64,000 nucleotides of DNA from Fidelibacterota bacterium SCGC AAA298-D23. GTDB taxonomy: Bacteria; Fidelibacterota; Marinisomatia; Marinisomatales; Marinisomataceae. Shown piece by piece: positions 1 through 8,980 of this stretch. The position numbers and the translations under genes were made by a program. The stretch spans positions 83,720 through 147,719 of the forward strand of contig AQSI01000002.1 in assembly GCA_000402655.1 (NCBI GenBank), given 5' to 3'. The notes beneath the pieces were generated by a model. The model made no database searches. It was not told the origin of the DNA and saw only the letters and a program-made list of their open reading frames with translations. Within the stretch, counting starts at the first letter, position 1. Each line of letters opens with the position of its first letter.

Positions 1-1
1 T

Positions 2-1417
2 CTTGGATTAACAGATGCTGATTTTAGTGAGAATCCATTACGTAGATATAGAGCAACCGCTTTAGATGAAATGGACGCCGATCATTCACAAGTAATGCTT
101 TCTTATGCAGCAAAACTCAATGACAACATGAGTTTAGCTGTTGTTGGATATAGTAATGATTTTGCCAGAAACTGGTATAAATTGAATAAGGTGAATGGTA
201 TGAGTTTAAGTTCTATTACTAAACCTACTGCTGATGGATGGAATGAATTTTACCTACTTATGAATGCTGAAAACAGTGCTGATGATGCTTACAGAATTAA
301 AGCAAATAATAGAGAATATTATTCTTCAGGTATTCAAGCAGTGTTTAATGTATTAGCCGGAGATCACGACATTCAAGCTGGATTAAGAATTCATAGTGAC
401 GAAATGGATAGATTCCAGTGGGAAGATCGTTATGGAATGCAAAGCGGTCAATTAGTAATGACTACTCAAGCAACTAAGGGTTCGGATTCCAATAGAATTG
501 ATTCTGCTGAAGCAACCGCACTCTTTGTAGAGGATAGATTTACAACTGGTGCAATGACTATCACTGCTGGCGCTAGATATGAAGAAATCACAGTCAAAAG
601 AGATGACTGGGGTAAAACTGATCCAGATAGATCTGAAATTCCTTCAAAAAGGGAGCATACAATTGATGTAGTTGTTCCAGGTATTGGCATAGAGTACGCA
701 ATTAATGAATCCCAAACGGTTTCTGTTGGTATTCATAAAGGTTTTGCTCCACCTGGACCTGGTACATCTGGGGTCACAGATAAAGCAGTGGATCCAGAGA
801 CGAGCATGAACACTGAAATTGGATTTAAATCAAATAAAGGTTTAAATAGTCTAGAGTTCACTTTATTTATGAATAGTTATGATAATCTTTTAGGAGCAGA
901 TACCGCTGCTTCTGGTGGTGGTTCTGACGATTTATTCAATGGCGGAGCCGTAGATATTTCAGGATTTGAGCTTTACTTAAGAAGAATACTTGTTGACAAC
1001 GGCAGAATTCAAATGCCATTAGAGTTAGCATGGACAAACACTAATTCTGAGTTTCAGGAATCATTTGATGGATTCTGGGGAGATGTATCAAAGGGAGATG
1101 AATTACCATATCTTCCAGATACAATGATTGCATTAAATCTTGGATTAAATGTTGATAAAATATCTGCTAATATAAGTATGAAGAAGACATCAGAAATGAG
1201 AACAGTTGCTGGCTCTGGAAGTATTTCAGGTTCAAATGCAACTGATGAGTTAACCATTATTGATCTTGGATTAAGATACGCACTCCAAGACAATATTAGA
1301 TTATCAGTTGGTATAAACAATTTCATGGATGATGATGGCGTTGTGTCAAGACGTCCTTACGGCGCAAGACCTACAATGCCACGTAGTTTCTCATTAGGAG
1401 TAGATTATACTTTTTAA
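2..1417 (+). CDS. TonB-dependent outer-membrane receptor, C-terminal part (5' end lies upstream of the window)
   Basis: The frame is open from nt 2 (LGLTDADFSENPLRRY...) into the 71..1417 ORF. Sequence is beta-barrel-like with Gly/Asn/Asp-rich loops and ends in the aromatic terminus ...SFSLGVDYTF typical of TonB-dependent receptors. A hairpin terminator follows. Confidence 0.8.
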   Translation, partial: LGLTDADFSENPLRRYRATALDEMDADHSQVMLSYAAKLNDNMSLAVVGYSNDFARNWYKLNKVNGMSLSSITKPTADGWNEFYLLMNAENSADDAYRIKANNREYYSSGIQAVFNVLAGDHDIQAGLRIHSDEMDRFQWEDRYGMQSGQLVMTTQATKGSDSNRIDSAEATALFVEDRFTTGAMTITAGARYEEITVKRDDWGKTDPDRSEIPSKREHTIDVVVPGIGIEYAINESQTVSVGIHKGFAPPGPGTSGVTDKAVDPETSMNTEIGFKSNKGLNSLEFTLFMNSYDNLLGADTAASGGGSDDLFNGGAVDISGFELYLRRILVDNGRIQMPLELAWTNTNSEFQESFDGFWGDVSKGDELPYLPDTMIALNLGLNVDKISANISMKKTSEMRTVAGSGSISGSNATDELTIIDLGLRYALQDNIRLSVGINNFMDDDGVVSRRPYGARPTMPRSFSLGVDYTF

Positions 1418-1461
1418 GGTTGTCTTCATTGCATTTTACTCTTAGGCCTTTTAAAGTAGCT

Positions 1462-1499
1462 GAACGCCCGACCCTCTGTCAATCGGGCGTTCTCTTTTA
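1462..1499 (+). terminator. Rho-independent terminator after the receptor gene
   Basis: GC-rich inverted repeat GAACGCCCGA (1462-1471) / TCGGGCGTTC (1483-1492) followed by TCTTTT. Confidence 0.75.
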
Positions 1500-1574
1500 A
1501 GGAACTTTTTTAAATTTTTTCAGTCAAATTATTAGTACATTTTTTATACTTTTTTACTTATAATTACATGCCTC

Positions 1575-3800
1575 ATGAATAAATTTTTAATTGTTATAAT
1601 ACTTATCTCAACAATATTCAGTCAATCTTTCAAAGATTTAACTGAAAGACCAACTTACAATCCCATTAAAATTGAAAAACCTATAATATTTGATGGGGTA
1701 GTTGACAATCAAGAATGGTCAAAAGCGCAAATTGCAACAAATTTTAATGGTTCAGGTACTTTCCAAGGTCAACCATCAGATTTACGAACAGAAGCCAGAT
1801 TATTTTATGATGAAAAAAATATTTATGTAGGTTTTATAGCTTATGTTGACAAAGAAGATTTAAGATATAGTATTACTAAAAGAGATAATCTTGATGAAAA
1901 AGACGATAGAGTATGGATAAATATTGACGCATTTGACGATGAGGCATTGACTTATGGTATTGGAGTCAGTGCTGGAGGTGTTCAAATAGATGGTAGAGCA
2001 ACCTATGGTTTTGATAAATCTCTTGATCTTATTTATGAATCAAAAGTATCAGTATTCGATGACAGATACGAAGCAGAGTTAATTATTCCTTTTTCCAGCC
2101 TTCGTTATTCTTTATCTCCAAAACAAACATGGAGAATTGATTTTGGGAGAGGATTCACGCTCTCAGATGAGCTTACAAGATATGTTTATTGGACTTCAAG
2201 AATTGATGGAATTGAGTGTCAAACCTGTCAATTAGCATTTCTTAAAGATATTCAACCTCCCAGGCAACAAAGAGGTGATTTTGAATTTATTCCATCTGTT
2301 GTTGCTGGACAATCTAATGACTTTATTTCAAATACATCTAATTCATCAGATGAAGCTTCATTATTTATGAAATTTCCTGTTTCTTCTGTTGATCTATTAG
2401 AAATAGCCCTTAATCCTGATTTTAGTCAAATAGAGTCTGATGATATTCAAAATGATGTAAACACTGTAAATGCACTATATTTCCAAGAAAAACGACCATT
2501 CTTTAGTCAAGGAGCGGAGCTTTTTCAATTTTCACCCCAAAGAGGGTATATTAATTTATTTTATTCCAGAACTATTAATGATCCGTCAATTACTGCTAAG
2601 TATACTGGTAAAATAGGTCAAACTTCATACGGAATTATCAGTGCTCGTGATGAATCATCACCACTATTACTACCTTTTGAAGAAAATAGTACTGTGGTAA
2701 CATTGGGAAAAAGTACTTCAAATATAATTCGAGCTAAAAGAATGATTGGTGGAAATGGTGGTTCTGTTGGAGCAATTTTAACTAATAGAATTTTTGATAA
2801 TGCTGGAGATATGACTACAGCTGGTCTGGACTTTCATTTACATCCAGGTAGCAATATTCATATAACATTACATGGAACAGCATCAATTCACAATGAATCT
2901 GATAATTTAGAATACATATATGACTCAAGTTCTAATGATTATCCATCAACTTTTGATAATGGTAGATATACAAAGACTTTTGATGGAGAAAAAATAACTG
3001 GTAACGCTCTTGGATTTGCTATTAATTATAGAGATAGAACGGATGATTATGGAGTTGTTTTAAGGTTGAGATCTCCAGGGTTTAGAACAAGTAATGGCTT
3101 CGAAAAAAATAATTCAACAAAATGGTTAAAGGCAGGAAGAGGAAAATCTGTTTACTATGAAAATCATCCAAAGCTTTTGAAAACAAATTATAATATTGAA
3201 ACAATTTATAAAACCAATTACACTGGTGTAATTAAAAAACAAGAATTATCACTATCAACATCATCTGATTTTAAAAATGGTGATTTTTTTAAATTGAGTG
3301 GAGAAGTAGAAAAAGAGAACTTCAGAGGAATTCAATTTGATAATTTATATGAATTTGAATTTGGATATAGAAATCAAATAAATTCAAGTTTAAAAGTTTA
3401 CAACGAATTACAATCAAGAAAAATCATTGTTAGAAACTTAGATAATCCTAGAAGTTCAGGTTTTTATCAAGTGAAATCCTATGTTGAATATAGAATATCT
3501 GATAAATCTAATTTTGGAGTTGGAGTATCATATCAAAAAGCTGAAGATTTCTACGATGGTGTTTTATTGAATGCTCGCATAAATAATTCATTCAATTCAA
3601 AACTTACTTTGAGAACAAAAATCCAATATAGTGATTTTTCAAATTCGTGGTTTGTAGAACCAATGATTACTTATCAGCCAAATGCATTTAGTGCATTATA
3701 TTTTGGGGTAAATGATTTACTCAGAACGGAAGATGGTGTTATTTCAAACTTAACTGAAAGTAAGAGACAAATATTTATTAAATTTCAGTACTTAATTTAG
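1575..3800 (+). CDS. Secreted/outer-membrane protein, carbohydrate-binding-family-9-like N-terminus plus DUF5916-like region (tentative family)
   Basis: 741-aa ORF with signal peptide MNKFLIVIILISTIFSQS. The segment FDGVVDNQEWSKA...RTEARLFYDEKNIYVGF...KRDNLDEKDDRVWINIDAFDD matches my memory of CBM9-like/DUF5916 proteins. It has a beta-strand-like C-terminus (FIKFQYLI). Confidence 0.6.
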   Translation: MNKFLIVIILISTIFSQSFKDLTERPTYNPIKIEKPIIFDGVVDNQEWSKAQIATNFNGSGTFQGQPSDLRTEARLFYDEKNIYVGFIAYVDKEDLRYSITKRDNLDEKDDRVWINIDAFDDEALTYGIGVSAGGVQIDGRATYGFDKSLDLIYESKVSVFDDRYEAELIIPFSSLRYSLSPKQTWRIDFGRGFTLSDELTRYVYWTSRIDGIECQTCQLAFLKDIQPPRQQRGDFEFIPSVVAGQSNDFISNTSNSSDEASLFMKFPVSSVDLLEIALNPDFSQIESDDIQNDVNTVNALYFQEKRPFFSQGAELFQFSPQRGYINLFYSRTINDPSITAKYTGKIGQTSYGIISARDESSPLLLPFEENSTVVTLGKSTSNIIRAKRMIGGNGGSVGAILTNRIFDNAGDMTTAGLDFHLHPGSNIHITLHGTASIHNESDNLEYIYDSSSNDYPSTFDNGRYTKTFDGEKITGNALGFAINYRDRTDDYGVVLRLRSPGFRTSNGFEKNNSTKWLKAGRGKSVYYENHPKLLKTNYNIETIYKTNYTGVIKKQELSLSTSSDFKNGDFFKLSGEVEKENFRGIQFDNLYEFEFGYRNQINSSLKVYNELQSRKIIVRNLDNPRSSGFYQVKSYVEYRISDKSNFGVGVSYQKAEDFYDGVLLNARINNSFNSKLTLRTKIQYSDFSNSWFVEPMITYQPNAFSALYFGVNDLLRTEDGVISNLTESKRQIFIKFQYLI

Positions 3801-3814
3801 GAGTACAATAAAAT

Positions 3815-4270
3815 ATGAATAAAATAGTAATCATCGTTTCTAGCTTTTTGATGTATAGTTGTGTAGTACCAGTATCAATTGGTAATAAATCTATTGCAGA
3901 AGTTGAAGGCCAAAAAACTAATGAAACTAACACAGTTTATACAAAGAATGGAAAGACTATGGTTGCAATCAATTATATACTACCTCAAAGAGCAGGACAA
4001 TTTGAAATGCTTACTAAGACAATAATAATGCCTGCAATAAAAAGAGAAGATATTAATGTTTATAATAGTTTAAAATTTTTAGTTCCTGAAGAGCAAAATG
4101 AAGACGGTAATTTAACATACATGTTTATCGCAGATCCCTACCTTGAAGAAAAGAGCTACGATATTTTTGAAATACTAATGGCTCAGTATGGTAGATCGAG
4201 AGCAGAGGAGTATTTTGATCGTTGGATTAGTTGTTTTGCATATGAGCAAGAAGTCATTTCTTTCAGATGA
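3815..4270 (+). CDS. Hypothetical lipoprotein
   Basis: 151-aa ORF. An AGGAG Shine-Dalgarno lies just upstream. The signal peptide ends in a lipobox-like FLMYSC. Confidence 0.6.
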   Translation: MNKIVIIVSSFLMYSCVVPVSIGNKSIAEVEGQKTNETNTVYTKNGKTMVAINYILPQRAGQFEMLTKTIIMPAIKREDINVYNSLKFLVPEEQNEDGNLTYMFIADPYLEEKSYDIFEILMAQYGRSRAEEYFDRWISCFAYEQEVISFR

Positions 4271-4983
4271 TAAAAACATATCTTTTTGACAGCTTCTATA
4301 TTAAATTTCTTTCAATGAATTCATTGAAAACGTTTTTAAGTACCATTCTTTTAATAAGTATATCGTTTACACAAAGTGCTAGAGATTTTGAAGCTGAAAA
4401 TCCTGCAAGCGATAATTGGCGAGAAAACTACAGATCAATTGAAACAGGTAAATCCAGAGTAAATATTTATTCAAATGCAGCAGTTGCAGATATATTTGTT
4501 TGGAATTACACTTGGTTATCAACTGAGAGAACCTTTCCAGCTATTATGTCACTCCCAACTGATAATAAAGTTTATACTATAAGCTTATATCCTCAGTCTC
4601 AGTTTCAATTTTTAACAAATGAGCTTCAGAATTTCGATTTTGATAATCGTGATATTTCGGAATTTGAATTATTACAAGATGAATTTGAGAGAATGAAATT
4701 AGGTACTAAAAATGTAAGACCCATTCCAGGAACAAGCGAATCTATATTTTTAACTTATTGCGACTCTGATGACACTAATTGTGAGGAAGGTATGCATTGG
4801 TTAGATCAGTTTTATGCAAAATATTATGATAGTAAACAAGAGCAAGTTTTGGCTTCAGATTTGAATGGTTCAGATTTGACAGATTCTGAAAAAGCTCTAG
4901 TAAGAAGACATAGAGTTGGAGTTGCTGGAATGCTAGGTGCTTTCACAATTGCAATTTTTTTAATAGATAACTCTGCCTTGTGA
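4267..4983 (+). CDS. Hypothetical secreted protein
   Basis: 238-aa ORF with an ATGA overlap onto the upstream gene. The internal Met at 4315 starts a typical signal peptide (MNSLKTFLSTILLISISFTQSA) and may be the true start. It has a C-terminal hydrophobic anchor. Confidence 0.55.
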   Translation: MIKTYLFDSFYIKFLSMNSLKTFLSTILLISISFTQSARDFEAENPASDNWRENYRSIETGKSRVNIYSNAAVADIFVWNYTWLSTERTFPAIMSLPTDNKVYTISLYPQSQFQFLTNELQNFDFDNRDISEFELLQDEFERMKLGTKNVRPIPGTSESIFLTYCDSDDTNCEEGMHWLDQFYAKYYDSKQEQVLASDLNGSDLTDSEKALVRRHRVGVAGMLGAFTIAIFLIDNSAL

Positions 4984-6920
4984 GTAATATTTCTATAAAA
5001 ATAAAAGGTTTTGATTCTCAGGAATTCCCAAAGGGTATTACACCACTTCAAATAATGAATGATATTAAAGGAGTTCCAAAAGACACTATAATTTGTAAAG
5101 TTGATGGCCAACTTACGGATTTGTCGTCTAATCTTAACAAAAATTGTGAACTTCAGTTTATGGATGCTAAAAGCAAGGATGGTCACAGTGTATTATTGCA
5201 TAGCACTGCGCACTTAATGGCTCAAGCTGTCAAAAGATTATTTCCAAAAACTAAAGTTACAATTGGACCATTTCTAGAAAATAGATTTTATTATGATTTC
5301 GATGTTAATTCTCCTTTTACCGAAGACGATTTATTAGAAATTGAAAATGAAATGATGAAAATATCAGAAGAGAATCTAGAAATATCTCATCAAGAAAAAT
5401 CTCGAAATGAAGCATTAGCTTTTTTTGAAAAAATTGATGAAAGTTATAAAGTTGAAATTATTAATGATTTAGATAAAGATGAGACTCTAAAGGTTTATTC
5501 TCAAGGAGAATTTACTGATTTATGTAGAGGTCCGCATGTTCATTCAACCGGTCAAATTAAACATTTTAAGATACTTTCTTCATCAGCAGCTTATTGGAGA
5601 GGAGATGAAAAAAATCAAACACTTCAACGAGTTTATGGCACTTCATTTCAAAATAGTAAGGATTTGAAAAAATATCTTCAAATGCTTGAAGAGCAAAAAA
5701 AACGTGATCATAGAAAAATTGGAAAAGAGTTGGACTTGTTTTTCTTCGATGATGAGGTTGGACCTGGATTACCACTTTGGACTCCTTCAGGAACAGTATT
5801 AATCGATGAACTTGAAGCCTTAGCAAAAGAAAAAGAAACTGCTAACGGATATTTAAGAGTCAGAACACCACATTTGACTAAAGGTGACTTATTTTCAAAA
5901 TCAGGTCATTTAGATCATTACATGTCAAGTATGTTTTCTCCGATGGATGTTGATGGAATTGATTATTACATGAAACCAATGAATTGTCCATATCATCATA
6001 AAATTTTTGCTAATACACCAAAAAGCTATCGTGACTTACCATACCGAATTTCCGAATATGGCACATGTTATAGATATGAAAAATCAGGTGAGTTGTTCGG
6101 ATTAATGCGAGTTAGAAGTATGCAAATGAATGATGGACATATTTATTGTACAGCTGAACAATTTAAAGAAGAGTTTATAAACGTATGTAATTTATATATG
6201 GAGTATTTTAAAATTTTTGGTATTGAAAAATATGAAATGAGATTAAGTCTCCATGATCCAGAAGGCTTAGGAGATAAATTTATCGATAACCCAACATTGT
6301 GGAAAAAAACAGAGGAAGACGTTAGAAATGCTCTGAAAGGAGCAAACCTTAAATTCGTTGAATCTGTGGGAGATGCTGCTTTTTATGGACCTAAAATTGA
6401 TGTACAAGTCTGGAGTTCTATTGGAAGAGAATTTACACTAGCTACCAATCAGGTAGATTTTGCCATCCCAGAAAGATTTGATTTGACATATACAGACAAA
6501 GATGGGTCTGCAAAAACTCCATTATGTATTCACAGAGCCCCACTAGGAACTCATGAACGTTTTATTGGATTTTTAATTGAACACTTTGGTGGAAATTTTC
6601 CATTATGGCTTGCTCCAAAACAAATTACTATTCTTCCAGTTTCAGATAAGTTTAATGATTATGCGCAGCAAATAACAACTGACCTTAGAACAATGGGTTT
6701 AAGAGTATCTTTAGACAATAGATCAGAAAAAATTGGTTCAAAAATTAGAGATGCAGAAATGCAAAAAATTAATATTATGGTTATTGTTGGTGAGAAAGAA
6801 GTTGAAAATAAAACCGTAACTGTCAGAAGAAGATTTATTAAAGAACAAAAAGAAATGTCATTGAATGATTTTTCTAATGAAATATTGACTGAAATTAAAG
6901 AAAGGAGAGTTTCGAATTAA
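4980..6920 (+). CDS. thrS: Threonine--tRNA ligase
   Basis: 646 aa with a GTG start. It shows class-II aaRS motifs (YGTCYRYEKSGELFGLMRVRSMQMNDGHIY; HRAPLGTHERFIGFLIEH) and the second-additional-domain HSTAHLMAQA. It sits in the classical position upstream of infC-rpmI-rplT. Confidence 0.95.
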   Translation: MSNISIKIKGFDSQEFPKGITPLQIMNDIKGVPKDTIICKVDGQLTDLSSNLNKNCELQFMDAKSKDGHSVLLHSTAHLMAQAVKRLFPKTKVTIGPFLENRFYYDFDVNSPFTEDDLLEIENEMMKISEENLEISHQEKSRNEALAFFEKIDESYKVEIINDLDKDETLKVYSQGEFTDLCRGPHVHSTGQIKHFKILSSSAAYWRGDEKNQTLQRVYGTSFQNSKDLKKYLQMLEEQKKRDHRKIGKELDLFFFDDEVGPGLPLWTPSGTVLIDELEALAKEKETANGYLRVRTPHLTKGDLFSKSGHLDHYMSSMFSPMDVDGIDYYMKPMNCPYHHKIFANTPKSYRDLPYRISEYGTCYRYEKSGELFGLMRVRSMQMNDGHIYCTAEQFKEEFINVCNLYMEYFKIFGIEKYEMRLSLHDPEGLGDKFIDNPTLWKKTEEDVRNALKGANLKFVESVGDAAFYGPKIDVQVWSSIGREFTLATNQVDFAIPERFDLTYTDKDGSAKTPLCIHRAPLGTHERFIGFLIEHFGGNFPLWLAPKQITILPVSDKFNDYAQQITTDLRTMGLRVSLDNRSEKIGSKIRDAEMQKINIMVIVGEKEVENKTVTVRRRFIKEQKEMSLNDFSNEILTEIKERRVSN

Positions 6921-7425
6921 AAAACAAAGAATAAGGGTAAATGAAAGAATTTATGCTGATGAAGTAAGGCTCATCAGTCAAAACAAAGAACAAATTGGGG
7001 TTGTTAGTGTAAAAGAAGCCTTAATTAAAGCTCAAGAAGCTGGTTTAGATTTAGTAGAAATTTCACCAAATGCCAAACCTCCAGTTTGTAAAATTATGGA
7101 CTTTGGTAAATTTAAATATGAAGAAAAAAAGAAAGCTCAACAAAGCAAAAAAAAGCAACAGACTATCAAAGTAAAAGAACTAAGAATGAGGCCAAATATT
7201 GGTGATCACGATTTAGACAATAAGCTAAAAATGGGTAAAAAGTTTTTATCTGAAGGTTATAAACTAAAGTTAACCCTTATGTATAGAGGTAGAGAAATGT
7301 CTAGACAAGATTTAGGGCAAGAACTAATGCAGCGTGTTTTATCGTCATTAAGTGAGCATGCAGAATTAGAAAAAGATTCTCCTTTGACTGGAAGGAAAAA
7401 ATCTATAATATTAGCCCCGAAATAG
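6916..7425 (+). CDS. infC: Translation initiation factor IF-3, initiating at ATT
   Basis: The ATG ORF 7096..7425 lacks the IF-3 N-domain. The same frame upstream encodes KKQRIRVNERIYADEVRLISQNKEQIGVVSVKEALIKAQEAGLDLVEISPNAKPPVCKIMDFGKFKYE. ATT at 6916 lies 6 nt after the AAAGGAGAG SD and overlaps the thrS TAA. An in-frame stop at 6886-6888 bounds the ORF. Confidence 0.88.
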   Translation: MKKQRIRVNERIYADEVRLISQNKEQIGVVSVKEALIKAQEAGLDLVEISPNAKPPVCKIMDFGKFKYEEKKKAQQSKKKQQTIKVKELRMRPNIGDHDLDNKLKMGKKFLSEGYKLKLTLMYRGREMSRQDLGQELMQRVLSSLSEHAELEKDSPLTGRKKSIILAPK

Positions 7426-7434
7426 GAAATAATT

Positions 7435-7638
7435 ATGCCAAAGCAAAAAACAAGAAAAAGCGTATCAAAAAGATTTAAAGTTACAGGTTCAGGAAAACTG
7501 AAACGTAATAAAGCTGGACATAGCCACATGCTTATTCGTAGAGATAAAGATGTGAAACGTGCTGCTAAAAAAGCTACAGTAGTAGCTCCATCTTTTGAAA
7601 AACGCATGAAAAAAATGATGGCGAAAGCGGGAAGTTAA
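7435..7638 (+). CDS. rpmI: 50S ribosomal protein L35
   Basis: 67-aa basic protein ([33 protein letters not shown]) in the conserved infC-rpmI-rplT order. Confidence 0.95.
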   Translation: MPKQKTRKSVSKRFKVTGSGKLKRNKAGHSHMLIRRDKDVKRAAKKATVVAPSFEKRMKKMMAKAGS

Positions 7639-7639
7639 G

Positions 7640-7990
7640 ATGCCAAGATCAAATAGTCCAGTTCCAAGACATAGAAGACATCGTAAGATCGTAAAGCTTG
7701 CAAAAGGTTATTTCGGTGCCAGAAGTAGAAATTTTAAAGCAGCTAAAGATGCAGTAACCAAAGCTGGTCTTTATGCTTATCGAGATAGAAGACAGAAAAA
7801 ACGTCAGTTTAGAAGACTTTGGATTGTAAGAATTAACGCTGCATCAAGATTAAATGGTTTATCCTATTCAAATTTTGTACATTTATTGAAGGAGAAAGGG
7901 GTCGATTTAGATAGAAAAGTATTAGCAGATTTAGCTGTTAATAATCCAACTGTCTTCGAAGATCTCGTAAAATACTTAAAGAAAAAATAG
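7640..7990 (+). CDS. rplT: 50S ribosomal protein L20
   Basis: 116 aa ([39 protein letters not shown]...), a typical L20. Confidence 0.95.
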   Translation: MPRSNSPVPRHRRHRKIVKLAKGYFGARSRNFKAAKDAVTKAGLYAYRDRRQKKRQFRRLWIVRINAASRLNGLSYSNFVHLLKEKGVDLDRKVLADLAVNNPTVFEDLVKYLKKK

Positions 7991-7999
7991 AAAAATACG

Positions 8000-8980
8000 A
8001 TGTCACTAGATAAAACCATTAAAGGATTAAAGACATCATTTTCTAAAGAGTTATCCAAATCTAAGACTTCACAAGATCTAGAAAATTTCCGAATTAAATA
8101 CTTAGGTAGAAATGGTCAGCTTGCATCATTATTTGAAGAGTTTAACAAGTTACCAGTTTCCGAAAAACCTCGATTTGGGAAAGAATTAAATATTCTAAAA
8201 AATGAATTAACAAATTTATATCAAAATGCTCTACGTGGTAATAATGAAAATTCTGTTTCAAGCGATATAGATTTTTCATTACCAGGGTATAAATTACCTG
8301 ACGGCAAAATACACCCGTTGGAACAGATTACTTCAGAGATAAAATCTATTTTTCAATCTATAGGATTTTCTGTTGCTTACGGACCTGAAATTGATGATGA
8401 TTATCATAATTTTGAAGCACTTAATGTGCCTAAGCATCATCCGGCAAGAGATATGCAAGATACATTCTTTATCAACCCGAATGCTGTACTCAGAACACAT
8501 ACCTCTAATGTTCAGATTCATTTAATGGAAAATCAAGATCCACCACTAAGACATATCTGTTGTGGTAGAGTATTTAGAAACGAGGCAGTAAGCTACAAAA
8601 GTTTTTGTTTATTTAATCAAGTAGAAGGCTTGGTTATTAATGAAACCTCATCATTTGCCGAGATGAAAGGAACCTTAGAGTATTTTGTTCAAGAAATGTT
8701 TGGAAAAGATACAAAAATGCGTTTTAGGCCAAGTTATTTTCCTTTTACTGAGCCTAGCGCAGAAGTTGATATTTGGAACAGTAAATTAAATCAATGGATG
8801 GAAATTTTAGGCTGTGGAATGGTCAATCCAAATGTTTTATCAAACGTAGGATATGACAATGAAAAATATCAAGGATTTGCTTTTGGGTTGGGAATTGAAA
8901 GAATTGCCATGATTAAATACGGTATTAAAGATATTAGGTTATTTTATCAAAATGATAAACGTTTCTTGGAGCAGTTTTAA
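8000..8980 (+). CDS. pheS: Phenylalanine--tRNA ligase alpha subunit
   Basis: 326 aa with class-II motifs (HPARDMQDTFF; FRPSYFPFTEPSAEVD; GFAFGLGIERIAM). Confidence 0.95.
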   Translation: MSLDKTIKGLKTSFSKELSKSKTSQDLENFRIKYLGRNGQLASLFEEFNKLPVSEKPRFGKELNILKNELTNLYQNALRGNNENSVSSDIDFSLPGYKLPDGKIHPLEQITSEIKSIFQSIGFSVAYGPEIDDDYHNFEALNVPKHHPARDMQDTFFINPNAVLRTHTSNVQIHLMENQDPPLRHICCGRVFRNEAVSYKSFCLFNQVEGLVINETSSFAEMKGTLEYFVQEMFGKDTKMRFRPSYFPFTEPSAEVDIWNSKLNQWMEILGCGMVNPNVLSNVGYDNEKYQGFAFGLGIERIAMIKYGIKDIRLFYQNDKRFLEQF

